A stretch of DNA of 36,014 nt from NCBI GenBank assembly GCA_964434715.1, contig CAYSWC010000001.1:101037-137050 (forward strand). The letters run 5' to 3'. A program made the translations under genes and the position numbers. The notes beneath the pieces were generated by a model. That model did not search any database and had not been told where the DNA came from. It worked only from the letters and a program-made list of their open reading frames with translations. The stretch is from an uncultured Candidatus Saccharibacteria bacterium. Its GTDB lineage: Bacteria > Patescibacteriota > Minisyncoccia > UBA6257 > 1-14-0-10-40-38. This document shows, in pieces, positions 16,173-25,045 of the stretch; within the stretch, counting starts at the first letter, position 1; each line of letters starts with the position of its first letter.

Positions 16173-18524
16173 TTAATTTTTTGAAAAAATCAATCCTGCG
16201 ACAAGCTTCGGGTCAAATAAACTCCAGTAGTCATAAATAAACTCTACTTGGTGATCGCCGGCAGGAACAAAAATCCCCGGGAAAACCGAATTAACTTTGT
16301 AAATCTCGGATTCTTCCCCGTCAATCGAGGCGCGCCAGCCGGGAAGATGATTTTGGGTAAAGACCATAAACCCTTCGGTTTCCGAAGAAGTATTGGCTGA
16401 TACCCGACCGTTCTCTGCTAAGACTATTTCCACCTTGCCTTCGCCGTTAAGCTCTTTACTACCGCAACCGGAGCATTCCACAAAAATATCCCTAAAACCG
16501 CTCTCTTTAAAGGCCTGATAAGCTTCTTCGGAGTTGTTCTTAAAGCCGGTAACCTTGCCAAAATAAACTAACGGTTTCGCATTCGGGTTTTCGAAGACAA
16601 AAATAGGCATTGGTTGTTCTGACGGCCCGCCGATGTCCAGAAAACGATAACCACGGAGCGGCAATTTTATGGGAGAATATAAAGTTCTGTTTTCAAAATG
16701 GCTTGAGCTTAAAAAATATCGAATGCCCAAAAAATCGGTGAGCGGCAAACGTTCTTTAAAGAGTTCATACTTCTCCTTAACAGAAACGTCGGTGCCATCC
16801 GCACTCTTCTTGTAAATCTTATTGAGTTTTTCCTCGCCGCCGGCGGTAACGAGCTGGCGCGTCCCCAAAAGCGCCATCATTCTACCCATGGAGACATTAA
16901 GGAGCGGTTCATTCGCTTCCAGGTTAGCGACCGGCCACAAAAACTGGGTATTGGGGTGATAGCTCGCGTGGCGAATCCGGTACTCTAAAAATTCCGGCGG
17001 CAGATCCTTCTGTTTCGGAAAATTGAAAAAATATACACCGTCCCAATCCTCCACAAAAAGCGGCAGGATCCGGTTCTTAGAGGCAATGAAGAGCTCCGCA
17101 TCCGTTGGCGGCGTTCTATAATAAGATGCATCAAAGATCGTTTTAACATTAAATCGGTAGGAAATCGTCACGAATTCCACCGCTGCGATCACCGATAAAA
17201 GCGGCAGCACCAAAGCATTCCTGCTCACCTCGGCAAGGCAAAAAATGACGGCGCCAACGGCCGCTATTAAAAACACCCCGGAAATCATTACGGCTTGAGG
17301 AACGCCGTCTTCTCCGGAAAACAGGGCTGCCATGAGGAAGATAAAAATCGTGAGAGTTATGAAAGAAATGATGATTTTCCACTTGTCCGGCTTAGCGCTC
17401 CGGAACGCAGTTTCCAAATAGTCGGCGCCTAAACCGATCAGGACCGCAGAGGCGAAAATCCCGATAAGCATGAAGCGCGCTGCGCCTTGGAAAAAATTGA
17501 ATACCGGCAGTTTTACTATAATCCACCAAAAAAGCGGCGATCCTTTTATGGAAATCGCAAGTGAAACTAAAAATACGCCCAAGAAAAATATGGCTGCTGA
17601 ATTTTTTTTAAAGAAAGCCAAGGCTATGAGCAACAAGGGCACCATGCCCATATATAAATAAGCGTCCAGGCCCCGATAACTGGTAAGAAAGAAAAAATGA
17701 AGCAGTTCCCGGAAAGTAATGGCATAGCCGTCTTGAACCGCCGGCTCGGCAAAACCCTGACTGCGCTGGGAAAACTGCGTGATTACGTAAGCCGGCACAA
17801 GCTGAAGAGAGCCGATTATGGTGCCGACCGCAAAGATTACCAGCAAGGCCGTTGATAATTTAGCACTGTGCCGCCAGTCGGCGCTCCTTATCCCCAAAAA
17901 CAGAACAAAAGCGAGGGCGGCGCAAAACAAATACAGAGTCGGAAAATAGGAAGACATAAGCCAGGCATAGCCGATAAGAAATCCGCCAGAGAAGATATAC
18001 AGAGAGCGAGCGCGCGCCGAGGTACTTTTATGTATCCGGATCAAAATCCAAAAAAGCGTGGGGTATACAAAAAGCGCCGTTCCCAAAGTAAGGTCGCGCG
18101 CGAAATGAATGTTGCCGGCGAGATAGGCGAGGGAGCCGATAAAAGCAGCCCAAGGCCCTAGCCCTAGCTCACGCAAAAACAAAATAAAAAAAAGCGCGCC
18201 CAAAGCAAGGCTTAGAAACAAGGCCCAATAGTGGGCAAGGTGAGCGGGTAGGATATAAAGCAAAAAGTGGAGCGGCGCATAAGGAAACCCGGCCACCGAG
18301 ATAAAATTGGGGAAACCGACTGCCAAGTAAGGATTCCAGAACGGGCTTTCGCCGCTCGTAAAAGCGTGTTTGTAAAAAGCAAGCTGGGGGATCAAGAGCT
18401 CCAGCGAGTCCGTGCCCATCACTTTTATCCCTAGGAGAGCCGGCGCCAGCGTGAGAAAGACCAAAAAGGCGGCGAGAACGATGACTCTGAGCCAGGTACC
18501 GAATCGTAAAATTAAGTTACTCAT
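16173..18524 (-). CDS. YfhO-like GT-C-fold membrane glycosyltransferase (paralog 2)
   Basis: The ORF-track ORF begins at a TTG at 18719, inside the upstream gene. I call the ATG at 18524 (MSNLILRFGTWLRV...), which makes an ATGA overlap with the methyltransferase stop and gives 783 aa against 787 aa for paralog 1. It has the same N-terminal loop (GTDSLELLIPQLAFYKHAFTSGESPFWNPYLAVGFPNF) and C-terminal PGWRASIDGEESEIYKVNSVFPGIFVPAGDHQVEFIY. Confidence 0.72.
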   Translation of the reverse strand: MSNLILRFGTWLRVIVLAAFLVFLTLAPALLGIKVMGTDSLELLIPQLAFYKHAFTSGESPFWNPYLAVGFPNFISVAGFPYAPLHFLLYILPAHLAHYWALFLSLALGALFFILFLRELGLGPWAAFIGSLAYLAGNIHFARDLTLGTALFVYPTLFWILIRIHKSTSARARSLYIFSGGFLIGYAWLMSSYFPTLYLFCAALAFVLFLGIRSADWRHSAKLSTALLVIFAVGTIIGSLQLVPAYVITQFSQRSQGFAEPAVQDGYAITFRELLHFFFLTSYRGLDAYLYMGMVPLLLIALAFFKKNSAAIFFLGVFLVSLAISIKGSPLFWWIIVKLPVFNFFQGAARFMLIGIFASAVLIGLGADYLETAFRSAKPDKWKIIISFITLTIFIFLMAALFSGEDGVPQAVMISGVFLIAAVGAVIFCLAEVSRNALVLPLLSVIAAVEFVTISYRFNVKTIFDASYYRTPPTDAELFIASKNRILPLFVEDWDGVYFFNFPKQKDLPPEFLEYRIRHASYHPNTQFLWPVANLEANEPLLNVSMGRMMALLGTRQLVTAGGEEKLNKIYKKSADGTDVSVKEKYELFKERLPLTDFLGIRYFLSSSHFENRTLYSPIKLPLRGYRFLDIGGPSEQPMPIFVFENPNAKPLVYFGKVTGFKNNSEEAYQAFKESGFRDIFVECSGCGSKELNGEGKVEIVLAENGRVSANTSSETEGFMVFTQNHLPGWRASIDGEESEIYKVNSVFPGIFVPAGDHQVEFIYDYWSLFDPKLVAGLIFSKN

Positions 18525-19324
18525 GAACGTTTCCGCACAATCACGTAAAATCCGGTCACCACGACTTCGGCGGTGCGATACCAAATAAAGATGAGATCGA
18601 AAAATTTGAGCGGGAAGGTAAGGAGCGTAAAAACAATCCACAAGAAATCCTTGAGCGGCCTTATATTGAACGAGAGCGCTATCGCCAGCCACTCCTGAAC
18701 AACAAACAGGAGCGCACAAGTCGGACCGATAATCGGCTTGAGCTCAATTATTTTCCAGTCGGAGAAAAGCTCCCTTAGTCCTTCCACTGTCCAACGATAA
18801 TAATCATGAGGAGAGGGATGATGCGGCATGATAAAATTAGTGGAAAGATAAAGGACTCCATCGGCTTTGAGAGTACGGCGGAATTCCCCGACGGCGCCTA
18901 CCGGATCGCGCAGATGTTCTAATACCCAAGCGCACACGATGCCGTCTAGTGATCCGTCGGCGAACGGCAGATCGTGCGCATCCGCCAAAATGTCGACGTT
19001 TTCCCACGGGTGAACGTCAACATTCACGATATTGGGATCGAGGCGGCGATTGCCCGATCCAACCTCGGCAACCAGTCCGCCGGCTGGCACGAACTTGTAA
19101 ATTGATTTTGGCCCCTTGCCTAAAAAAAGCGCCGGAGCCAAAACGTAAAAAATTATTCCATAAAGCCGGGAAAATCCCCTCACGAAAGTCTTGAGCCGCA
19201 CGATAAAATCGCTGGCGGTAAAATCGGCAACGACTTCTCGATATTCGTCGTCGGCAATAAACAGCGGCTTGCCTTGGACCAGACGAAGCGGTGGGCGCCT
19301 AAACTGTATGTCCGAAGGAATCAC
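18521..19324 (-). CDS. Class I SAM-dependent methyltransferase with hydrophobic N- and C-terminal segments
   Basis: 267 aa with a GTG start 8 nt after the upstream stop. Motifs are VAEVGSGNRRL (motif I), DAHDLPFADGSLDGIVCAWVLEHLRDP and LKADGVLYLS. The C-terminal stretch IIGPTCALLFVVQEWLAIALSF...FLWIVFTLLTFPLKFF looks membrane-embedded. Confidence 0.78.
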   Translation of the reverse strand: MIPSDIQFRRPPLRLVQGKPLFIADDEYREVVADFTASDFIVRLKTFVRGFSRLYGIIFYVLAPALFLGKGPKSIYKFVPAGGLVAEVGSGNRRLDPNIVNVDVHPWENVDILADAHDLPFADGSLDGIVCAWVLEHLRDPVGAVGEFRRTLKADGVLYLSTNFIMPHHPSPHDYYRWTVEGLRELFSDWKIIELKPIIGPTCALLFVVQEWLAIALSFNIRPLKDFLWIVFTLLTFPLKFFDLIFIWYRTAEVVVTGFYVIVRKRS

Positions 19325-19332
19325 AAAAGCAA

Positions 19333-20406
19333 TTATAGTTCGTAAATCTTACGATAGGCAAATGCCGCTTTTTGCCAGCTCATTCGTTTTGCAAAATCTA
19401 ACGATGCCTCGGCAAATTTCGAACTCAAACTGTTGTCTTTTAAAATTCTTCCGAGCGCTTCGGCGGCAACTCGGTAATCTTTGGGCGGGACTAAAATCCC
19501 GTTTATGCCGTCTAAAACAGCGTCTTCGGCGCTCGTCTCTTTAGTTGCGACTATCGGCAATCCGCAGGCGGCCGCTTCTAAAAAGACCAACCCGAATCCT
19601 TCCATGTCTTTACCCACATCCTGCGGCAGAAGAATGAATAGTTCGGCATTTTTATAAAGCGCGATCAAAAAATTCTCTTCGACATTATCAAAAAATACTA
19701 CCCGCTCCATATTTTTTTCTCTGGGACCATTGCTGATAATTACATAATTGAGCCTTGGAAACTTGGCCTTAATTTCGTTAAAGGCGGCCAACGAGTATTC
19801 AAGGCCTTTTCTCGGCTTCCACGCCCCGATGCTTAGAATGTAGGGTTTTAATTTCTCTATTCTCTCGTACTTTCCCGCTGCTCGCCGAAATTTGTCGAAA
19901 TCAACGCCATGACTTACTACTTCAATCTTCAAATTCGGGATCACCTTTAAAATTTCCTTCCTAGTATTGTTACTCACCGCCGTAACTAGATCGGCCTTTT
20001 GATAAGCCCATCTCATCAACCACTTTTTTAGCGGTCGATAAAGCGGTTGGATAGCTCCCGTGCCAATGGCGGTAATAATTATTTTTTTTCCAAGTCCAAA
20101 GCTAGAGAGCGCCGCAATCACTCCATAAGGCCAGCCGTCAAGCGCATGGATAATGTCGCAATCTTTTAAAATCGCTCTGATTTTAGGTAACGCCAATAAT
20201 AATCTAAATTTATTAGGATAAATAACTGGTTGTTCTTCTGTATATTCGTATGATTTTTTACTTCGTAGCCCGCTCCCGGTTTCACTGGTTAGAACAGTAA
20301 ATCTCACCTCAGGTGCCGCTGCCTTCATGGCGTCCATAAGGGCAGAACAAAACCGGCCAGCACCAGTATTAGACTCGAGGTTATGATTGAGATAACAAAT
20401 TTTCAT
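19333..20406 (-). CDS. GT4-family (GT-B, Glycos_transf_1) glycosyltransferase
   Basis: 357 aa. The motif is DMEGFGLVFLEAAACGLPIVATK (E-x7-E region), with the typical two-Rossmann layout. Confidence 0.85.
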   Translation of the reverse strand: MKICYLNHNLESNTGAGRFCSALMDAMKAAAPEVRFTVLTSETGSGLRSKKSYEYTEEQPVIYPNKFRLLLALPKIRAILKDCDIIHALDGWPYGVIAALSSFGLGKKIIITAIGTGAIQPLYRPLKKWLMRWAYQKADLVTAVSNNTRKEILKVIPNLKIEVVSHGVDFDKFRRAAGKYERIEKLKPYILSIGAWKPRKGLEYSLAAFNEIKAKFPRLNYVIISNGPREKNMERVVFFDNVEENFLIALYKNAELFILLPQDVGKDMEGFGLVFLEAAACGLPIVATKETSAEDAVLDGINGILVPPKDYRVAAEALGRILKDNSLSSKFAEASLDFAKRMSWQKAAFAYRKIYEL

Positions 20407-20449
20407 CTGGCAAATTGCAATTAGATTGTTTAGTTATATCTCTGGGAAA

Positions 20450-21787
20450 TTATAAAAATTTAAGAATGGTATCGGCTAATCTTTGACTTGATTTACCATC
20501 CAATTTAAAACACCGCTCTTCGATAATTTTCTTCCGACCGGCTTCGTCCAACTGCGGATTAACTAGATACTCTTTTACCGACTTAACCAGTTGCTCCGGC
20601 GTTTTGGCCAACTTTACGCCGCCGGTTTCTAAAATTGACCGCTGATGATCATAGTCGTAAAACCGGCGCAGGCTCTGCCAATAAGGACGGCTACGTTCCC
20701 CATCAAAGCCCACAAAGACCACGGGTTTATTAAAAACTACCGCATCAATGGATAGGGTTGACGCAAAAGCGACTACGACATCGGAATGATACAACAAATC
20801 AGCCAAATGGGCATCGCCAGCGGTTAAATCAGCTTGCATAAAATCAGCCCCGCTCCCTGGAGTATCAATGGCGATTTTTTGGGGAATCGGCTGGACATCG
20901 CCTAGATTAACTTGACCGACCAGATATAATCGTAAAAGCAGTTGAGCATCAAGAGGGCGGAGTGCCGCTACGACTTTTGGAGTAATCGGATCGTTCTGGG
21001 TATAGATGTCGCTCGGTGGCGCGAAGAAAATGGTTTTTTTATGTGTGTCTAATTTGAGTTTCTTAAAAAGCTCGTGCCGGGAGATTCGCTGATCAGTCAC
21101 ATAGCGGTCGTAATGAGGAATGCCGACTACAAAAATATCTTCTGGATTAACATCATCATATTTTATTGCCTCTGCCCTGATGTCTGGGGTGTTAACAATC
21201 AATTTATCTGGAATAATCCTATTTAACCCTTTGGTGGTAATATTGTCCCAGGAACGGACCATGCCGACGATAAAAATCCCTCGCGACCGAGCTTCCCGCA
21301 TCACATCTAAATCATTGGGCTCAAAAATATCGGTGGCGAAAACAAGTTGAGGACGGTATTGGTTAAAATACTGGTTGAAACGGTCTTTGGATAAAAATTG
21401 ATATTCAGCCCAGCGCGCTAGTTGTCTAATAGTCGCTAAGTATCCTAATTTGGATAAAAGCCAGTAGATCGAGGCCGAAAGATAATTTTTACTTTCCTGG
21501 CGATGAATCAGGCGATGAATCCGCCAGGCTCGGGTATCGGAGAAATTATGAAATAAAATCGTAAACCACCGTTCCAATTTTGTTGGCTTTCTAATTTTTA
21601 CCCCTTCGACAATAACATTGGGACCGCCAAATTCTCCTTGATATTTTTCTTTTTTATTTTCCGGCGTTAAGATAACAATTCTTAGATTCGGCTCCATCCT
21701 TAAAATCTTTAGGATGTCAGTGGCCAAAATATTTCTAGCAATTAAGCCAAAAAAGCTGGTTATGAAAATGGTTTCTTGACTTCTCAT
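20450..21787 (-). CDS. GT-B-like surface carbohydrate biosynthesis protein, paralog of 2358-3716
   Basis: The ORF-track start at 21826 is a TTG. I prefer the ATG at 21787 (MRSQETIFITSFFG...), which aligns with the paralog N-terminus MKTVFLFLKNPLF and leaves a 49-nt AT-rich divergent promoter region. It shares the SWDNIT, YDRYV and LLYHSDVVVAFASTLSIDAVVFNKPVVFV blocks. The HP of the paralog is replaced here (LRLYLVG). Confidence 0.5.
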   Translation of the reverse strand: MRSQETIFITSFFGLIARNILATDILKILRMEPNLRIVILTPENKKEKYQGEFGGPNVIVEGVKIRKPTKLERWFTILFHNFSDTRAWRIHRLIHRQESKNYLSASIYWLLSKLGYLATIRQLARWAEYQFLSKDRFNQYFNQYRPQLVFATDIFEPNDLDVMREARSRGIFIVGMVRSWDNITTKGLNRIIPDKLIVNTPDIRAEAIKYDDVNPEDIFVVGIPHYDRYVTDQRISRHELFKKLKLDTHKKTIFFAPPSDIYTQNDPITPKVVAALRPLDAQLLLRLYLVGQVNLGDVQPIPQKIAIDTPGSGADFMQADLTAGDAHLADLLYHSDVVVAFASTLSIDAVVFNKPVVFVGFDGERSRPYWQSLRRFYDYDHQRSILETGGVKLAKTPEQLVKSVKEYLVNPQLDEAGRKKIIEERCFKLDGKSSQRLADTILKFL

Positions 21788-21836
21788 CTTTATGATATGT
21801 TTATATAATAACTCGAATCTGTCCAATTAAAGTCTT
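21788..21836. promoter_or_regulatory. AT-rich divergent promoter region
   Basis: This is the only non-coding DNA between the divergent genes 20450-21787 and 21837-22619. TATAAT at 21804-21809 lies 27 nt upstream of the plus-strand ATG. TATCAT/TATAAA-like hexamers are present on the other strand. Confidence 0.3.
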
Positions 21837-22619
21837 ATGCGCTATCTCACCACTCACGAATTAACCGAGCTTCACAAAGATGAAGCTCATGAAATTTTAG
21901 AAAAATGTGCCGGTAAAAGCGTCCGTGATCTTTTTGCCATAAAAGTTTTTAACAATTATTTTGATAAATCATTTAACGATCGCGCCCAAGCTAAAATCCT
22001 TGATTTGGGTTCAGCGAGCGGCGTTTTTGTTTCTCAAATTAATCAGGTGGGTTATAAAAATTTTTATGGAGTTGATGTTGATAATTATTTAACTCAAGAA
22101 AATCGGCGTTTATTTAAGGAGTTCAGAACCGCTGATTTGAGCTGGGATAAAATTCCTTGGCCCGATGACTCTTTTCAAGTAGTGACCGCCTGGTGTGTTC
22201 TGCCTCATTTGGAAAATCCTTTTAATGCGATTCGTGAGGTTCATCGGGTATTAGCTCACCAAGGTTTATTTATTTTTACCGCCCCTCATCTTACCTCTAA
22301 ACCGAGCATCGATTATTTCATTAAAAATAGAGATTTCGGCAGTTACCGAGGCACTAATAATCACCTGGTTTTATTCACCAAGGGTGTACTTCAAAAAGCG
22401 GTGCTTAAATACTTTGATTTATTGAGCATCGAATATCATGTGAGACCGAAAATCTTTAAACGCGGCCTACCTGGAAAACTAAGAAAATTTGTATTTGAAC
22501 TCGCACGGAAAGTTTCACCCGATTGGCGGAAAAGGCTTGAGCATCGCTGGGCTTACAATGCGGTTTTTATTCTACGCAAGAACAGCTTAAAAAACAGGGG
22601 GGTTGACGAGCGACGTTAA
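21837..22619 (+). CDS. Class I SAM-dependent methyltransferase
   Basis: 260 aa. Motifs are ILDLGSASGVF (motif I), FQVVTAWCVLPHLENPFNAIREVHRVL and GLFIFTAP. Confidence 0.8.
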   Translation: MRYLTTHELTELHKDEAHEILEKCAGKSVRDLFAIKVFNNYFDKSFNDRAQAKILDLGSASGVFVSQINQVGYKNFYGVDVDNYLTQENRRLFKEFRTADLSWDKIPWPDDSFQVVTAWCVLPHLENPFNAIREVHRVLAHQGLFIFTAPHLTSKPSIDYFIKNRDFGSYRGTNNHLVLFTKGVLQKAVLKYFDLLSIEYHVRPKIFKRGLPGKLRKFVFELARKVSPDWRKRLEHRWAYNAVFILRKNSLKNRGVDERR

Positions 22620-22630
22620 AAAAGGGCAAG

Positions 22631-23986
22631 TTATAAAGATTGTTTTGCGGTTTTCCATAATTTATGGAACAATTCGTAATCAGTTTTATTAAATTTAAAC
22701 AGCTCGGAAAACTTCAGTTTAAAATCCGGGTGTTTCTCCGTCAATTTTTTGTAAAAATAGGGAGCTCGTTCCCAATAGATTAAATTATAAACTACCCCGG
22801 CGCCCGGTAATCCCAAAAGCGGCAGAAAAACTGCTGCGCCGATCGGAATCACCAAAACCTCCCGTAAGATGCGCAGAGCCATAATTTTGTATTCTTGAAG
22901 GATTTCTAGGGTTGATTTGAGCACTTTATAAACGCCGTAGAGGGGAAAAGCCAAAAGCATCACGGAAAGGATTGGTAAAGCCGGGCCGTACTTGGGGAAA
23001 ATCATTGAAACCAGCGGCGGCAGAATCAGTAAGCCGATAATCATAAAAATCACGCCAAGCCAAAACAGATATTTAAAGGCATGCTTGAAAATAAAGGCTA
23101 TTTCCTTGGGCTTTCCGGCCTTAATCAGTAAAATCGAGGAAATCCCGGCCATGGGCATTAATTTCTCGATAAAAGCGACTATATTGATCGCCAACGAATA
23201 GTAAGCAACGCCTTCAGTATTGGTGAATAACTTAACAAACCAAGGCATAGTATTTTTAGTGATTCTAGAGAAGGCATAACGAGCGGTTACCCATTTCCCG
23301 TGAGTTTTAAAAAGATTCCATAAGAGCGGCTCGGCAGCTGCTCGAACTGATCCGACGTTGCGCCGATAAATCTTAATGAAAACAAAAGCCGTTATCAATC
23401 CCACGGCCAACAGTTCGGCGGCCACGTAGGCAATAATAACTGTTAAAGTATTCAAATAATAGAACAGAAGCGCCCAGGCAATAATCAGTAATTTGGAAAC
23501 TTCCCTGATAGCCGGGAAACTCCAGTAAGAAAAGTTCATCGCCGCCTTTAAAAATCCGACCTCGACATTGAAAATAGTCCGGGCGATGAGCAGTATGCTT
23601 ATAATCCTTATAAACAAAGCTACGTCCCGACCATAAAAATTAGCGATAATCTCCGACCCCCCGAATACTATTGCGGCCATTATGACGGCGATGCCGATCT
23701 TTAGGGTTGCGCTTTCCCGAAACAAACGTTTCATAAATCCGGCTTTTCCTTGATTGAGGTAACGCCGCATATTAACCGTGACCACAGTGTCAAAAACATC
23801 AAGATTCAGGCTCTCTAAAATATTAATAAAGGCCAGCAACAGCTGAATCAGGCCAAAATCAAAAACCGTAAGATAAGTAATGGTAAGATAGGAATTAACA
23901 AAACCTACGCCGGTTGCCAGAACGCCGTAGATCCGTTTGGTAGTTTCGCCTTTAAAAAATAATTGAGCTAACGATTTGCGTTCCAT
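22631..23986 (-). CDS. Polysaccharide/oligosaccharide flippase (Wzx-like, MOP superfamily)
   Basis: 451 aa that is hydrophobic throughout, with many helix-length segments. The N-terminus (KRIYGVLATGVGFVNSYLTITYL) and the genomic context are typical of Wzx-type transporters. Confidence 0.68.
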   Translation of the reverse strand: MERKSLAQLFFKGETTKRIYGVLATGVGFVNSYLTITYLTVFDFGLIQLLLAFINILESLNLDVFDTVVTVNMRRYLNQGKAGFMKRLFRESATLKIGIAVIMAAIVFGGSEIIANFYGRDVALFIRIISILLIARTIFNVEVGFLKAAMNFSYWSFPAIREVSKLLIIAWALLFYYLNTLTVIIAYVAAELLAVGLITAFVFIKIYRRNVGSVRAAAEPLLWNLFKTHGKWVTARYAFSRITKNTMPWFVKLFTNTEGVAYYSLAINIVAFIEKLMPMAGISSILLIKAGKPKEIAFIFKHAFKYLFWLGVIFMIIGLLILPPLVSMIFPKYGPALPILSVMLLAFPLYGVYKVLKSTLEILQEYKIMALRILREVLVIPIGAAVFLPLLGLPGAGVVYNLIYWERAPYFYKKLTEKHPDFKLKFSELFKFNKTDYELFHKLWKTAKQSL

Positions 23987-23989
23987 TGG

Positions 23990-25045
23990 TTAAGCATTAA
24001 TCAGTTTAATCAATTTTTGGGAGAGTTCGGTCAAAGAATGTTTTCGCACAATCAATTGCCGCATTTCCCGACCGATCTGCCGTCGTTTCTCCGTCGGCAA
24101 TGACAAAAAATCTCTGATTTTGAAAGCCAAATCTTCGGCATCTCCCTCCACAAACATCTGCCGCCTCACTAAAGCGGCCGGGAAAATCTCCAAGAAGGCT
24201 CTATTGCTTACGATAACCGGCAGTTCACATGCCATTGATTCAATAATGGCTTTATCCAACGAGCCGGAGGGAGTCATGTTTACGGATATTTCATGGGTAT
24301 TATATAATTCCGGCGTCTTATAATTCGGCACCGCGCCTAGGAAGACAATCATTTTTTGATCAATAAGCGGCTGCGTCCTGTTTTTCATTTCTTCCGCGTA
24401 TTTAAATTCGCTCGCCTTGCTGGGGTTGCCGATTATGGTAATGGTAAAATTGACTCCTTCGCTCTTAAGTATCTCCGCCGCCCCCAGTAATACTTCTAAT
24501 TTTTTGATTGGTGAAATGCGGCCGATATACAAAATTGAATTGCGTTTTTTTGCTGTTCCTTCGAGACGGCGAAACATATCCACGTCAATACCCACCGGCA
24601 TCGGTCGGGCTTTTTTATACCTAGCCGTGAAGGCGGCTGGCGATGTGTAGAAAACGCTGTCGGCAAACGCTATCGCCAGACGCGCTCGCAGACCGCCCAG
24701 CGGGTGGTTATACCAAAATAACAGTCTTTTCCTAAATAATTTCCACACTACCGATCCGAGAACAACATATTCCGGATTCATATGAACAAAGACTACGTCG
24801 TATTGCTTTTTTAATCTAAAAAGGTATTTATAAAAATTGATAAAATATTTAATCCTTGACCTGCCGATCTCCTTGCCCAAAGAATAGACGGCAACGTTTG
24901 AAGGCAATTCCACCCGGCCGCGATAAAGACAAATAACTGAAATTTGAGGAATTCTTTTGGCTAACTCCTCAAGCCAACGGTGATAAATGCCCAAAAGGTC
25001 GTCGTCTTTATCTACCTTTTGGGTGATAAACAACAATTTTGCCAT
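23990..25045 (-). CDS. GT4-family glycosyltransferase
   Basis: 351 aa. Motifs are ILYIGRISPIKK and PSGSLDKAIIESMACELPVIVSN. Confidence 0.85.
   Translation of the reverse strand: MAKLLFITQKVDKDDDLLGIYHRWLEELAKRIPQISVICLYRGRVELPSNVAVYSLGKEIGRSRIKYFINFYKYLFRLKKQYDVVFVHMNPEYVVLGSVVWKLFRKRLLFWYNHPLGGLRARLAIAFADSVFYTSPAAFTARYKKARPMPVGIDVDMFRRLEGTAKKRNSILYIGRISPIKKLEVLLGAAEILKSEGVNFTITIIGNPSKASEFKYAEEMKNRTQPLIDQKMIVFLGAVPNYKTPELYNTHEISVNMTPSGSLDKAIIESMACELPVIVSNRAFLEIFPAALVRRQMFVEGDAEDLAFKIRDFLSLPTEKRRQIGREMRQLIVRKHSLTELSQKLIKLINA

Noticed and set aside
18525-18719. 65-codon N-terminal extension of YfhO paralog 2 (ORF-track start at 18719)
   Set aside because: It starts at a TTG inside the methyltransferase gene and is Cys/Arg-rich (MCAPVCCSGVAGD...). 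It has no counterpart in paralog 1. The ATG at 18524 gives an ATGA coupling and a matching length.
21788-21826. 13-codon extension of the TagF-like paralog (ORF-track start at 21826)
   Set aside because: It is a TTG start that would leave only 10 nt between divergent genes. The ATG at 21787 aligns with the paralog's N-terminus. The same reasoning applies to the TTG starts at 14950 (ATG at 14947 used) and 30272 (ATG at 30254 used).
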